Assembly (NCBI GenBank): GCA_041288095.1
Contig: JBGGMJ010000010.1
Location: forward strand, 1 to 64,000
Length of the DNA: 64,000 bases
Origin: Myxococcota bacterium
GTDB lineage: Bacteria > Myxococcota > XYA12-FULL-58-9 > JALHOP01
Direction of reading: 5' to 3'
Under the pieces are notes generated by a model. It worked only from the letters and a program-made list of their open reading frames with translations. It did not search any database and was not told the DNA's origin. The position numbers were made by a program, and so were the translations under genes. Shown piece by piece: positions 1 to 8,899 of the stretch (positions are counted from its first letter, which is position 1; every line of letters begins with the position of its first letter).

Positions 1-206
1 AAAAAGCCCTTGTCAGGTGGTGTCGGATCGATCTAGGTACGCCGCGGCTAGGGCTATCTCGCCGATTTTTAATCACAAAATTCGACGAATGTGCCGTTTC
101 GGGTTAGAAGGTTGTCGGGCGCGAATGTATGCAGCTGTAAGGCTTTGTACTGTCGCAACCTAATTGAGGTTTCCGCCGATACTCTTCTTGTAGTCGAGGT
201 GTATCA

Positions 207-404
207 ATGCACGGTCTCATTACGACGCGGAACCTGGTTGTGAACGCGCCAACCATCATCCACGAGTTCGGAATGAGCGCCTACATGCGGTGCCTGGCTG
301 CCGCGCTCCTCTCCCGCAAGAACGTCACCTTCCTCGAGTGCGTCATGCGCCTCCAGGGTGGCTGTGCTCAGCGCGCGAATCCTGGCCCCCAAGCCAACGA
401 CTAG
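207..404 (+). CDS. small hypothetical protein (65 aa)
   Basis: GAGGTG Shine-Dalgarno before ATG 207, AT-rich upstream region, GC-rich third positions. Confidence 0.65.
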   Translation: MHGLITTRNLVVNAPTIIHEFGMSAYMRCLAAALLSRKNVTFLECVMRLQGGCAQRANPGPQAND

Positions 405-440
405 CCCTCCTCTTCGGAACCACAATCCGGCTCCAGCAGT

Positions 441-890
441 ATGCTGAGCATGGGTTCATTGCTCATCGACGAGCTCTGTGCCGAAGGTCTCCTCGGCCCG
501 TTCCTCGAGAGCCTACGCACGCGCATCGGCGGCTACGAGCTGCTCGATCATTGGTCCCAGGGCGAGTTCCACCATGACGTCGTGATCGCCTTGCCTGCGT
601 CCGCGAAAGCGTACGGTCTCCCCGCGGTGGTCGTCGTCGCGACGAACTGCAACGGCGGCATCAAGGAAGTCCTGGGCTTCGATGAAGCGCCCGCGCGTTG
701 GGCATTGTGGCATCACCGCTGTCCCGACAACCCCGAGTTCACGGGTGACCTGCCGACCCTGCGGGCATGCAAGCGCACCGAGCACTGGTTCGACCCGTGC
801 GAGTTGCTGGTCGAGGATGCGCGCAGCGAGCTGAAGGCGGAGTATCGCTGCCGTGTCCGTGGTGGCGGATGGGCGCCGCTGAAGCGCTGA
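441..890 (+). CDS. hypothetical protein (Cys/His/Trp-rich)
   Basis: 149-aa ORF with host-like codon usage; HWSQGEFHHD, ATNCNGG, HWFDPC segments; start uncertain. Confidence 0.7.
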   Translation: MLSMGSLLIDELCAEGLLGPFLESLRTRIGGYELLDHWSQGEFHHDVVIALPASAKAYGLPAVVVVATNCNGGIKEVLGFDEAPARWALWHHRCPDNPEFTGDLPTLRACKRTEHWFDPCELLVEDARSELKAEYRCRVRGGGWAPLKR

Positions 891-899
891 CGCATCGAT

Positions 900-1424
900 G
901 TGGTGAACGGCGGCTCGGGGCGGCCGATATTCCGGCCTCACACCCAGGTGGAGCCCCGCGTGACCTCCCTCATCGGCCAAGCTGCCTTGCAGCGCGCCAC
1001 GAATTTCCTCGGCTCGGTGACCTATACCCGCAGCGCCGAGCTCGGTATCCCGGTCGAATTCGCCAGCCATCCCGTCAATCAAGGCGGCCTCTGCGCGAGC
1101 TTTGTCGCGAGCGTGTTGAGCCAGGTCGGTTTTCCCCACCTGAGCCTCACCCTGCAGCCGCTGATGGCCATGCCTGACGTCCTGCGCGCCGCCTTGGTGG
1201 CTAGTGGTTTCGTGCCCATGCCGGTGGGGTCGCTTGCGCCTCCGGGATCCGTCGTGATCTGGCCGCACAACGAGCACGCCGCCTTCCTGCTGCGGACCGA
1301 CGGTCAGACCATGACCGTGCTCAACAGCAACAGCGCCCATCGGGCCCTTCCCCAGACCGTCCGCTTCGACAACCACCTGGTGGCTTACGAACAGCGGGCG
1401 ACCATCTTCCGGCCGCCGCTTTAG
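900..1424 (+). CDS. putative CHAP/NlpC-P60-like cysteine hydrolase
   Basis: GLCASFV ... PPGSVVIW..EHAAF ... VLNSN pattern resembles a papain-like Cys-His-polar triad. Confidence 0.5.
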   Translation: MVNGGSGRPIFRPHTQVEPRVTSLIGQAALQRATNFLGSVTYTRSAELGIPVEFASHPVNQGGLCASFVASVLSQVGFPHLSLTLQPLMAMPDVLRAALVASGFVPMPVGSLAPPGSVVIWPHNEHAAFLLRTDGQTMTVLNSNSAHRALPQTVRFDNHLVAYEQRATIFRPPL

Positions 1425-1522
1425 AGCGTCGGCATGTCACCGGGGGCGCGATTGCGCGTTGATGGTGGCCCTCCTAAGGTTCGTGGCCAGTGGCGCGCCG
1501 GGACGCGCTCCACGGATCCCCA

Positions 1523-2446
1523 ATGGTCATCGTCTATCTCTTGCTCGGAGCGGCCGTACTGCTCGGCTGCGGTAGCTCCCTGCAGCGCCGACACCCGCGC
1601 GCCCTTTTTGCCCTCGTGCTCGCCTCGCTGGTCGCGCCGCTGATCCTCGACCACAGCGCGCACAATCTCGTCCAGATAGGAGCCGTGCTCGTCTTGCTCG
1701 GCGTGGAAGCGCTCGTTCCCCACGCGGACTACGCCGCGGTGAGCGACGAGAACCTCAAGAGCGCCGCCTTCGTTTCGTTCAAGCGCCTCGCCTCGGTCGT
1801 GGTGACGATTTTCGTAATCCCACGGATCCTGAGCTGGGCAACGCCGATGTGGAGCATGAGCGCCCACGGCGTGCACCCGCTCGTCCAGGGCATCGTCGGG
1901 TTCTTGGTGCTCGACTTCTATCTGTGGGCCTACCACTGGACGCAGCACCGCCTCGATTTCATGTGGCACTTTCACAAGCTCCATCACGCAACCGCGGAGC
2001 TGACCGTCTTCGCGAGCGGACGGTCACATCTCGTCGACGCAACGCTAAAGCTGACCGGTGTCGTGCTCATCTCCTACGCTCTCGGTCTGTCGCCGGAAGT
2101 GTTCACCTTCGGCTTCGCCCTGCCAATTCTCCTGCTCGACTCCTTCAACCATTCCAACATCGACTTCCCCAGGCGGCGCTGGCGATGGCTCGCTCGGGTG
2201 TTCACCTCCCCGAACTGCCACGCGGTTCATCACACACCCGATCGCGATCGGATGAACTACGGAGTTGCTCTGATGATCTGGGATCGGATCTTTGGAACCT
2301 TCGAGCTCCCCGAAGCGCGGCCTACCGTCTTCGGGCTCCACGACCGTGCATGGGGGCGCGCCGGCGTGTTGTGGCAGCACCTCGAGCCGGTGCGCGCGAT
2401 GCTCCCATCACCGCGCCCGCGCGTCTCTTCTCTTCCGGCCAAATGA
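1523..2446 (+). CDS. sterol desaturase / fatty acid hydroxylase family protein
   Basis: His boxes HWTQH, HKLHH, NHSN, HAVHH plus NYG..L.IWDRIFGT; several TM segments. Confidence 0.9.
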   Translation: MVIVYLLLGAAVLLGCGSSLQRRHPRALFALVLASLVAPLILDHSAHNLVQIGAVLVLLGVEALVPHADYAAVSDENLKSAAFVSFKRLASVVVTIFVIPRILSWATPMWSMSAHGVHPLVQGIVGFLVLDFYLWAYHWTQHRLDFMWHFHKLHHATAELTVFASGRSHLVDATLKLTGVVLISYALGLSPEVFTFGFALPILLLDSFNHSNIDFPRRRWRWLARVFTSPNCHAVHHTPDRDRMNYGVALMIWDRIFGTFELPEARPTVFGLHDRAWGRAGVLWQHLEPVRAMLPSPRPRVSSLPAK

Positions 2447-2991
2447 CCGCGCTGGCCCTACCGAGCGTCGTGCTCATGTCTCTGGTCGGCATCCTCGGTT
2501 TCATCGACGGCGTCTACTTCCACATCTGGAAGTTCCGCCTGCACGAGCGCCGCGACTCGCGACGCGAGCACGTCATTCATGCCCTGCGCGCGTCTCTCGC
2601 GGTGCCCGCCATCTATGGCCTCTTCGTGGTGCCGGTGAGTGGTGTCTGGTTGTGGGCCATCGCCGGCTTCATCGTTGCTGACTTCTTCGCGATGGTCTGG
2701 GATCTCTTCGAGGAAGATCACAGCCGGCGCGACCTGGGTGGGATTCCGCGTGCCGAGTACATCATCCACGTCGTCGCCACGGGTTTTCACATGGCGGCCT
2801 GTGCGCTGGCGCTCGCCAGCAGGCCGCTCGCGGCTTGGGCCAGCGACACCGCGCCAGCGGACTTGCCTGCCGTCGTGATGACGATTGGCCAGCTCGCGAT
2901 TCCGACCTCGATCGCGCTGGCGCTCGCGCACTTCGCGCTCTTGCATCCGCGAGTCGCGGCGCTGTTGCCCGCGGCTACTGGTAGATCTTGA
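2443..2991 (+). CDS. integral membrane protein, His-containing
   Basis: ATGA overlap with the desaturase stop; hydrophobic helices with DGVYFH, REHVIH, EYIIH. Confidence 0.75.
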   Translation: MTALALPSVVLMSLVGILGFIDGVYFHIWKFRLHERRDSRREHVIHALRASLAVPAIYGLFVVPVSGVWLWAIAGFIVADFFAMVWDLFEEDHSRRDLGGIPRAEYIIHVVATGFHMAACALALASRPLAAWASDTAPADLPAVVMTIGQLAIPTSIALALAHFALLHPRVAALLPAATGRS

Positions 2992-4837
2992 GCTTGTCGC
3001 CGGCCTTGATGCCGCTTCCGCGGATGCCGTTCCAACGCTTCAAGTCGGCGACCGTGGCCCCGTATTTCTGCGAGATCGACCAGAGCGTGTCACCGGCTTC
3101 GACCACGTGGGTCGAGGCCTTGCCCTTCGGGGGCGGTTGAGGGGCAATCGGTTTTTGCGGACGGGCCGATGGAGGGTTCCCAGTCGCGCCCGGCTCGCGG
3201 CTGCGCGCCAAGATCGCGGCGACGATGACATCGTTGGGATCGTTCGAAGCGGCCGGCGGCGGTGTCTTCTGCAGCGACGCGGGCGACGTCCGCGGAGCTT
3301 GACCGGTGGTGGGGGCGGGGCTGCTGCTCGCGGGGAGGCTGGCCGTCGTAGCGGACGCCTCGGCGGCGGTCGGGGTCGCCGCCGCGAGCTTCGCCACGTC
3401 TGATGGCGAGGGGCTCACCACGCCCTTCGGCCCAGCGTCCTTGTTGGCGATGCCGCGCAGGCTCGGGATGATGAGCTCCTGGCCGACGCGCAACGACTTG
3501 GCGCTCTTCACGTGATTGAAGTCCTGCACCATCTGCGAGGTGGTGTTGAAGATCTTGGCGATCGACGAGAGCGTGTCACCCTTGGCGATCTTGTGCGTCG
3601 CGTAAGTGAGCCGCTGCGACGGCGGCAGCGCCGCTGCCCATGTCTTGACGCGTTCGGCGGTGCCGACGGGCAAGCGCAGTGCATGCGGCTTTCCCGGCGG
3701 GGTTATGTCGTAGAGGAGCATCGGGTTGAGCTCGCGCAAGCTCTCCGGCTCGACGTTGAGCTCCTTGGCGACGAGCTTCAGATCCAAGGCTTCGGTGACC
3801 TCGATCTCGTCGTAAGACAGCGGCCGCAGAGCGTCGTAGCGCGCGAAGCCGAAGTGCTCCTTGTTCTTGGCGACGATGGCCGCGGCGATGATCTTGGGAA
3901 CGTAGTGCTGCGTCTCGCGTGGCAAAGCGTCCTGCTCGACCAGCTCCCAGAACGTCTTGGCGCCGGTCTTGGCGAGTGCCCGGCCGATACGGCCTTCGCC
4001 GGCGTTGTAGCCGGCCCACGCCAAATGCCAGTCGCCAAAGTGTTTGTGGAGCATCGAGAGATATTTCGCGGCGGCGTGGGTCGCGAGCACGAAGTCGCGG
4101 CGCTCGTCGGCCCAGGCGTTCATGCGCATGCCGTAGATCTTCGCGGTGCCGGGAATGAACTGCCAGTAGCCCGCGGCGGCGGCGGGTGAGTACGCTTTAG
4201 CGGAGAAGCCGCTCTCGATCATCGCCAGGTACACGAGGTCCTTGGGGATGCCGTATTGCTCGAGAATCGGGCGCATCATCGGAATGTAGCGCTCACTGCG
4301 CCCGAGCCAGCGCTCGAAGAACCAGCGGCCCTTGCCGGTGAAGTAATCGATCCAGGCGTCGACGAGCTCGTGGTCGACGATGGGAATGTCGTAGCCCTGG
4401 GTGGGCACGCGGGCGACCTGATGCGTGGTGAATGGGCGCAATGACGCCAGCGCTTGGGCGCGCTCGAACCCCTCGAGCCACGCGTCTTCGCGCATCAACA
4501 CGATCTGATCGAGGAGCAACCGGTCTTCACGGGCAGCGAGGGCCGCCGCGACCCGCGCCTCGAGCCCGTCGCTCTGCGCGAACCCCAACGCGAGCAGCTC
4601 GCGCATTGCCCAGCGACCCCGGCTCTCGGAGACGTCGTGCTCGCTCTCCTGCAGGGCGACCTGCGCCAGCAGCTCCGCGACCGACCCAGGCGCTTCGCCG
4701 GAGACCGCGTCGGGCTCGTCCGCCGCGTTGATCAGCATGGGAATCGTTCCGCGCACCGGCGGGTGAGACCCCGTCTCCTGGGCCGACGCGGGGACCCAGA
4801 TCAGCGTCGCGAGGCCTATGAACGCGGTTCGGAACAT
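2975..4837 (-). CDS. MltD-like lytic transglycosylase with LysM domains
   Basis: signal peptide; SLT motifs AMIES, AAGYWQF, AGYNAG; LysM repeats KGDTLSSIA and AGDTLWSIS. Confidence 0.93.
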   Translation of the reverse strand: MFRTAFIGLATLIWVPASAQETGSHPPVRGTIPMLINAADEPDAVSGEAPGSVAELLAQVALQESEHDVSESRGRWAMRELLALGFAQSDGLEARVAAALAAREDRLLLDQIVLMREDAWLEGFERAQALASLRPFTTHQVARVPTQGYDIPIVDHELVDAWIDYFTGKGRWFFERWLGRSERYIPMMRPILEQYGIPKDLVYLAMIESGFSAKAYSPAAAAGYWQFIPGTAKIYGMRMNAWADERRDFVLATHAAAKYLSMLHKHFGDWHLAWAGYNAGEGRIGRALAKTGAKTFWELVEQDALPRETQHYVPKIIAAAIVAKNKEHFGFARYDALRPLSYDEIEVTEALDLKLVAKELNVEPESLRELNPMLLYDITPPGKPHALRLPVGTAERVKTWAAALPPSQRLTYATHKIAKGDTLSSIAKIFNTTSQMVQDFNHVKSAKSLRVGQELIIPSLRGIANKDAGPKGVVSPSPSDVAKLAAATPTAAEASATTASLPASSSPAPTTGQAPRTSPASLQKTPPPAASNDPNDVIVAAILARSREPGATGNPPSARPQKPIAPQPPPKGKASTHVVEAGDTLWSISQKYGATVADLKRWNGIRGSGIKAGDKLKIYQ

Positions 4838-4848
4838 CTTCCTCGAAC

Positions 4849-6240
4849 TTACTTCTTCACCAGCCGCGCCGCAAAGAAGCCATCGACGTCATGGCGCTGC
4901 GGCCACGTACGGAAGTACGGAAACGGCGTAGGCCCCTCGTGGATGTTCTTGAACAGGTCCAACGCGTGGTTGTGCAAAGGCCAGTCCGGCACGAATTCGG
5001 GATGGCGCTCGAGGAAGGCCGCAATACGCTCCACGCCCTCTTCACGGGTGATGGTGCAGACCGAGTAGACGAGGGCACCACCTGGCTTGATGAGCCCAGA
5101 GACGCTCTCCATGATCGAGTCCTGGAGACGCGTCATCAGGGGAATCGTGCTCTCCTGCCGGCCACGTAGCTCGGGATTTCGCCTTAGCGTGCCCATGCCG
5201 GAGCAAGGTGCGTCGACCAAAGCGAGGTCGACCTCGCGGGTCTTGGCTGCTTGCTGGAGCTTCTCCACCAGCAGGGCGCGGTCGGAGGCGTCCGCTGCAG
5301 CGGTCACAACGGACTTGAGCCCCAAGCGCGCCGCGGCGTCGGCGATCAGGCGGGTCCGCCCGGGATGAATGTCGACCGCGAGCACCGTGCCTTCATCGTC
5401 CATGAGCTCGGCGAGGTGCGTCGACTTACCACCGGGCGCGGCGCAAACATCGAGCACGACGCTTCCCGGAGCTGGACCGCACAGCTCGCCGATGAGCTGC
5501 GCCGCGAGATCTTGCACGGTGAAGTGTCCGTCATTGAAGGCGGCGACGTTGCGCACATGGCCGAGGCCGCGCGCCAGCAGACCTTCCGGAAAGTGGATGG
5601 GCAGATCGACTTCGGCGCCCGCGTCGGTGAGCGCCCGTGCGACGTCCTCGCGGCTCGCTCGCAACCGATTCACGCGTATCGAGAGCGGCGGCGGCCGATT
5701 GTTCGCGGCGACGAGCTCGCGCGCTTCGTCGATGCCCACCTCCTCGACCACGCGCTTCAGGAACCAATGCGGATGCGATCCGGAGACCGCCAGCTGATCG
5801 ATCGGATCTTCGTAGACATCATCGAGGCGCGGCAGCTCACCGCGCTCGTGCAGCGTCGCGAGCTTGCGCAGCAAGGCGTTGGTGAAGCCGGTCGCGAATT
5901 TGTGGCTGTGGCGAATGAGACTGACAGTCTCGTTGACGGCGACCGGCGCGGGGATGCGCGTCTCGAGCACCTGATAAGCGCCAAGCCGCAGCGCGATGAG
6001 CACCGCTGGATGGAGCTTGCGCAAAGGCCGCTCGGCGAGCTGCCCTAGGTAAAAGTCGAGACGTTGCTGCTGGCGCAGCGTGCCGTAGACGAGCTCGGTG
6101 GCGAGGCCGCGGTCGCGCTCGTCCATGCCGGAACGGTCGAGGGCGGCGTCGAGCGCGCGGTCGGCGAAGGCTTGGTCGCGCAGGACACGCAGCAAAACTT
6201 CGTGGGCGACCCGCCGCGCGTGGGAAATCTGATGACTCAC
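4849..6240 (-). CDS. rsmB: 16S rRNA m5C967 methyltransferase (Sun/RsmB)
   Basis: NusB-like N-terminus; LDVCAAPGGKS, LVDAPCSG, LVYSVCT motifs. Confidence 0.95.
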   Translation of the reverse strand: MSHQISHARRVAHEVLLRVLRDQAFADRALDAALDRSGMDERDRGLATELVYGTLRQQQRLDFYLGQLAERPLRKLHPAVLIALRLGAYQVLETRIPAPVAVNETVSLIRHSHKFATGFTNALLRKLATLHERGELPRLDDVYEDPIDQLAVSGSHPHWFLKRVVEEVGIDEARELVAANNRPPPLSIRVNRLRASREDVARALTDAGAEVDLPIHFPEGLLARGLGHVRNVAAFNDGHFTVQDLAAQLIGELCGPAPGSVVLDVCAAPGGKSTHLAELMDDEGTVLAVDIHPGRTRLIADAAARLGLKSVVTAAADASDRALLVEKLQQAAKTREVDLALVDAPCSGMGTLRRNPELRGRQESTIPLMTRLQDSIMESVSGLIKPGGALVYSVCTITREEGVERIAAFLERHPEFVPDWPLHNHALDLFKNIHEGPTPFPYFRTWPQRHDVDGFFAARLVKK

Positions 6241-6249
6241 CCCAGGACC

Positions 6250-7728
6250 TTACAGGCGCGGGGCTAGCTCTTGGAAGGCGCGAATGTTGGCCCCCTTCTG
6301 CAAGCCGTCGTAGGTCCAGAACGGCGCGTCCCAGCCGTTATTGGCGCGCACCCAATCGGCAATGCTCCAGCGAGCGGGCAGGCGATTGACCTCTTCGGGG
6401 AGCCGAATGCTGTAGCGGGGCTCGTAGAACGTGTCGCGCAGCTCGGGCACCTGGGTGAAGAGCGCGTTGAGTGCCTCGCCCACCGGGCCGAATTGCGACG
6501 AGCCGGAGGTTTGCAGGCCGCCGCCGCCACCGTCGCTCATGCGGGTCGCCATGCGCTGAAAGAGCGTGTGCACCAGCTCGGTTTGGCGCAGACGCGCCAC
6601 CATCTCGTCGCGCACCGGACCCGGCGGCAGCTCCATGAGCGCTTGCAGAGGAGCGAGCACGCCCTTGTTGCCTTGGACGTAGAAGGTCGGATCTTCCGGG
6701 CTTGCCAGGCGATTGAAGATTTGGACTGTCGCTTGGGTCAGGCCGTTCTGGTCGGGCGTGAGCTCGAAGCGATGCTGGTACAGGCCCTCCCAGTTGCCGA
6801 CGAGATCGCGCTGCACGGCGGCCAAGCGCTCGACGACGCGGTGCTCGGTGACCAACGGCCAGGTCTCCGCGCCGAACGCCCGGATCGCTTCGCCAACACC
6901 GTTGAGCGCCATCGCCTGCGCTCCGGTGGCGGCGTGAAGATAGATGTCGTTGGCGCGCGACGTCCGGGCCAGAGCGCGGCCGGCGTCGAAGGCGTCGAGG
7001 GCACGACCGAACAGATTCTCCTCGAAGACGAGCCGGCGCACCTCGGGGCTGCTCGCGTGCGTGCGAACGGCATAGGCGAGGCCGCGCCCCAGGTCCTCGT
7101 AACCCTGCATGACGGCTTCGGCGCGCGCGATGACCGCGTCAGGGTCGAGGCTGCCAAAGAGCGGGCGAACCTCGGCGACCACTGCTTCCGCGTCGCGGAG
7201 CTGCTGGCGTGCGCGCTCGACCAAGGCCTCGCGCTCGGGGCCATAGCGCTCCCGCGCCCAGGGATCCGCGTTGACGCGCCGGAGCTCCTCTTCGGCGCGG
7301 TCGATCGCGTTGGCGAGGGGGACGCGCATGAGCCGGTTGTGATGGAAACGCTCGGCGAGCCCGGGCTCGCGATCGAGCACTGCGCGCATACGTGCGATGT
7401 CGCGCTCGGCCTCTTGGGCTTGCTCGCGAAGCACGTCGAGCTGCCCCGCGACACGGCCGAGCACGGCTGGACCCCGTGCCGTGGGTGGAAGACCGACGGC
7501 GCGCGCGAGACGCTCCTCGGCGTCACGTACCTCGTACGGGCGGTCGTCCACTAAGGCGGACGGTGCCGGAGTCTCCAACCTGAGCTGCGCGGTCTGAACG
7601 CCCCGTGTATGGCGCGGATGCGGCCGGGTTTCGCGGACCGGCACGCCGGCGTCGGCGCGCACCTGTACGCGGCCGCCGGTATCCGCGGTCAGCCCGTCGC
7701 CAGCCCTCGTTCTCGTGACACGAACCAC
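6250..7728 (-). CDS. hypothetical protein, helical/coiled-coil
   Basis: 492-aa ORF with GAGGTG RBS before GTG; fills the gap between neighbours on the same strand. Confidence 0.7.
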   Translation of the reverse strand: MVRVTRTRAGDGLTADTGGRVQVRADAGVPVRETRPHPRHTRGVQTAQLRLETPAPSALVDDRPYEVRDAEERLARAVGLPPTARGPAVLGRVAGQLDVLREQAQEAERDIARMRAVLDREPGLAERFHHNRLMRVPLANAIDRAEEELRRVNADPWARERYGPEREALVERARQQLRDAEAVVAEVRPLFGSLDPDAVIARAEAVMQGYEDLGRGLAYAVRTHASSPEVRRLVFEENLFGRALDAFDAGRALARTSRANDIYLHAATGAQAMALNGVGEAIRAFGAETWPLVTEHRVVERLAAVQRDLVGNWEGLYQHRFELTPDQNGLTQATVQIFNRLASPEDPTFYVQGNKGVLAPLQALMELPPGPVRDEMVARLRQTELVHTLFQRMATRMSDGGGGGLQTSGSSQFGPVGEALNALFTQVPELRDTFYEPRYSIRLPEEVNRLPARWSIADWVRANNGWDAPFWTYDGLQKGANIRAFQELAPRL

Positions 7729-7743
7729 GTCACCTCGAACCTA

Positions 7744-8883
7744 TCAGGTCGAGCCTACGCCTGACACCTGACGTTTTGGCTTCTGCACGACATCGTCGAC
7801 GGTTTCCTCGTCTTCACGGCGACGCGTCGTGGTGTTGGCGTACACGTTCTGGACCCCTTCGGAGAGGGTCGTGAGGCGCGGCAAGCCGACACCGCTCTCC
7901 TCGCGCATCTCGCGGTAGTCGCGCGCCGAACGCATCGGGCCGCTCTCGCGGGAGAGGCTCAGAGCGATGCGCGCGTTGTCGCTGATGACGCCGCGCTGCG
8001 ACGCGTTGATATCGGCGGTGAAATCGCCCCCGCGATCGTAGAGATCGCCCAAGCTGTTGCCGGCGACGAAACGGCTGTCGTTCGCGAGCACGAAGATCTG
8101 ACCGTCAGCGTTGCGGTGATCGAAGGTCTCACCGTTGTTGCTCAGCGTTCCAGGTCCGCCATTGCGAACATCCATGGTTCCAAGCGAGGCACCATATTGC
8201 ACGTGGAGCTGGTCGCTGAGCGTGACCGCGGCGCCGCCGTAGTCACCGACCTTGCTGGTATTGCAGTACACCTTGCTGCCGTCCGGGAGGATGAAGCTCG
8301 CGTCGCGATTGAAGTGCCAATCGTCACGGCCGTCGTTGTTCTCGTCGACGTGAGGGTCGCCCCAGATGCGATGTTCCTGGCCCGAGGGCTCGCGGATGCG
8401 CCAGTTGTGGCCGCCGTCGTTGAGGACGGTGTAACCGCCGGGCGTGGTGATCGAGCCGTCGCCGTTGAGTGTGAGCTCACCCGCCGGCAGGCTGTTCGCG
8501 CCGGTCGTTTCGCCGGTGCCGCGTCCACTCTCGAGCTCGTTGCGCGTCGCTTCGATGATGGCGATACGGCGCATCAAGCGGTTGGTGGTCTCGCCGTCGT
8601 GGTTGCCGAAGACGGTGGCCCACTGGTCGCCGAGGCGGGGGAGGTGATCGCTAGCTTCACCCTCGGGCTCGCCTTCGCCGGGCAGACCGGTTGCGACCCG
8701 TCCAGGCAAGTCGGCTACCGTCGTTCGCTCATTGCTCACGCGGTCCCTGTCGCCCAGAGATGTGGGTGCCGCCACATTGACCGCAGGTTGCAGGACGGCG
8801 GTAGGTCGCAGGACATTGCTCTGCGTGTCGTTCGATGTAGGTAACTGTCGGTGTGTGGCATTGCCGTCGGTGAGACGCGTCAT
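7744..8883 (-). CDS. DUF1521-like WGDPH-domain protein
   Basis: RIWGDPHVDE...F.LPDGSKV motif; low-complexity N-terminus. Confidence 0.7.
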   Translation of the reverse strand: MTRLTDGNATHRQLPTSNDTQSNVLRPTAVLQPAVNVAAPTSLGDRDRVSNERTTVADLPGRVATGLPGEGEPEGEASDHLPRLGDQWATVFGNHDGETTNRLMRRIAIIEATRNELESGRGTGETTGANSLPAGELTLNGDGSITTPGGYTVLNDGGHNWRIREPSGQEHRIWGDPHVDENNDGRDDWHFNRDASFILPDGSKVYCNTSKVGDYGGAAVTLSDQLHVQYGASLGTMDVRNGGPGTLSNNGETFDHRNADGQIFVLANDSRFVAGNSLGDLYDRGGDFTADINASQRGVISDNARIALSLSRESGPMRSARDYREMREESGVGLPRLTTLSEGVQNVYANTTTRRREDEETVDDVVQKPKRQVSGVGST

Positions 8884-8899
8884 GAACAGAGGTTAACAG

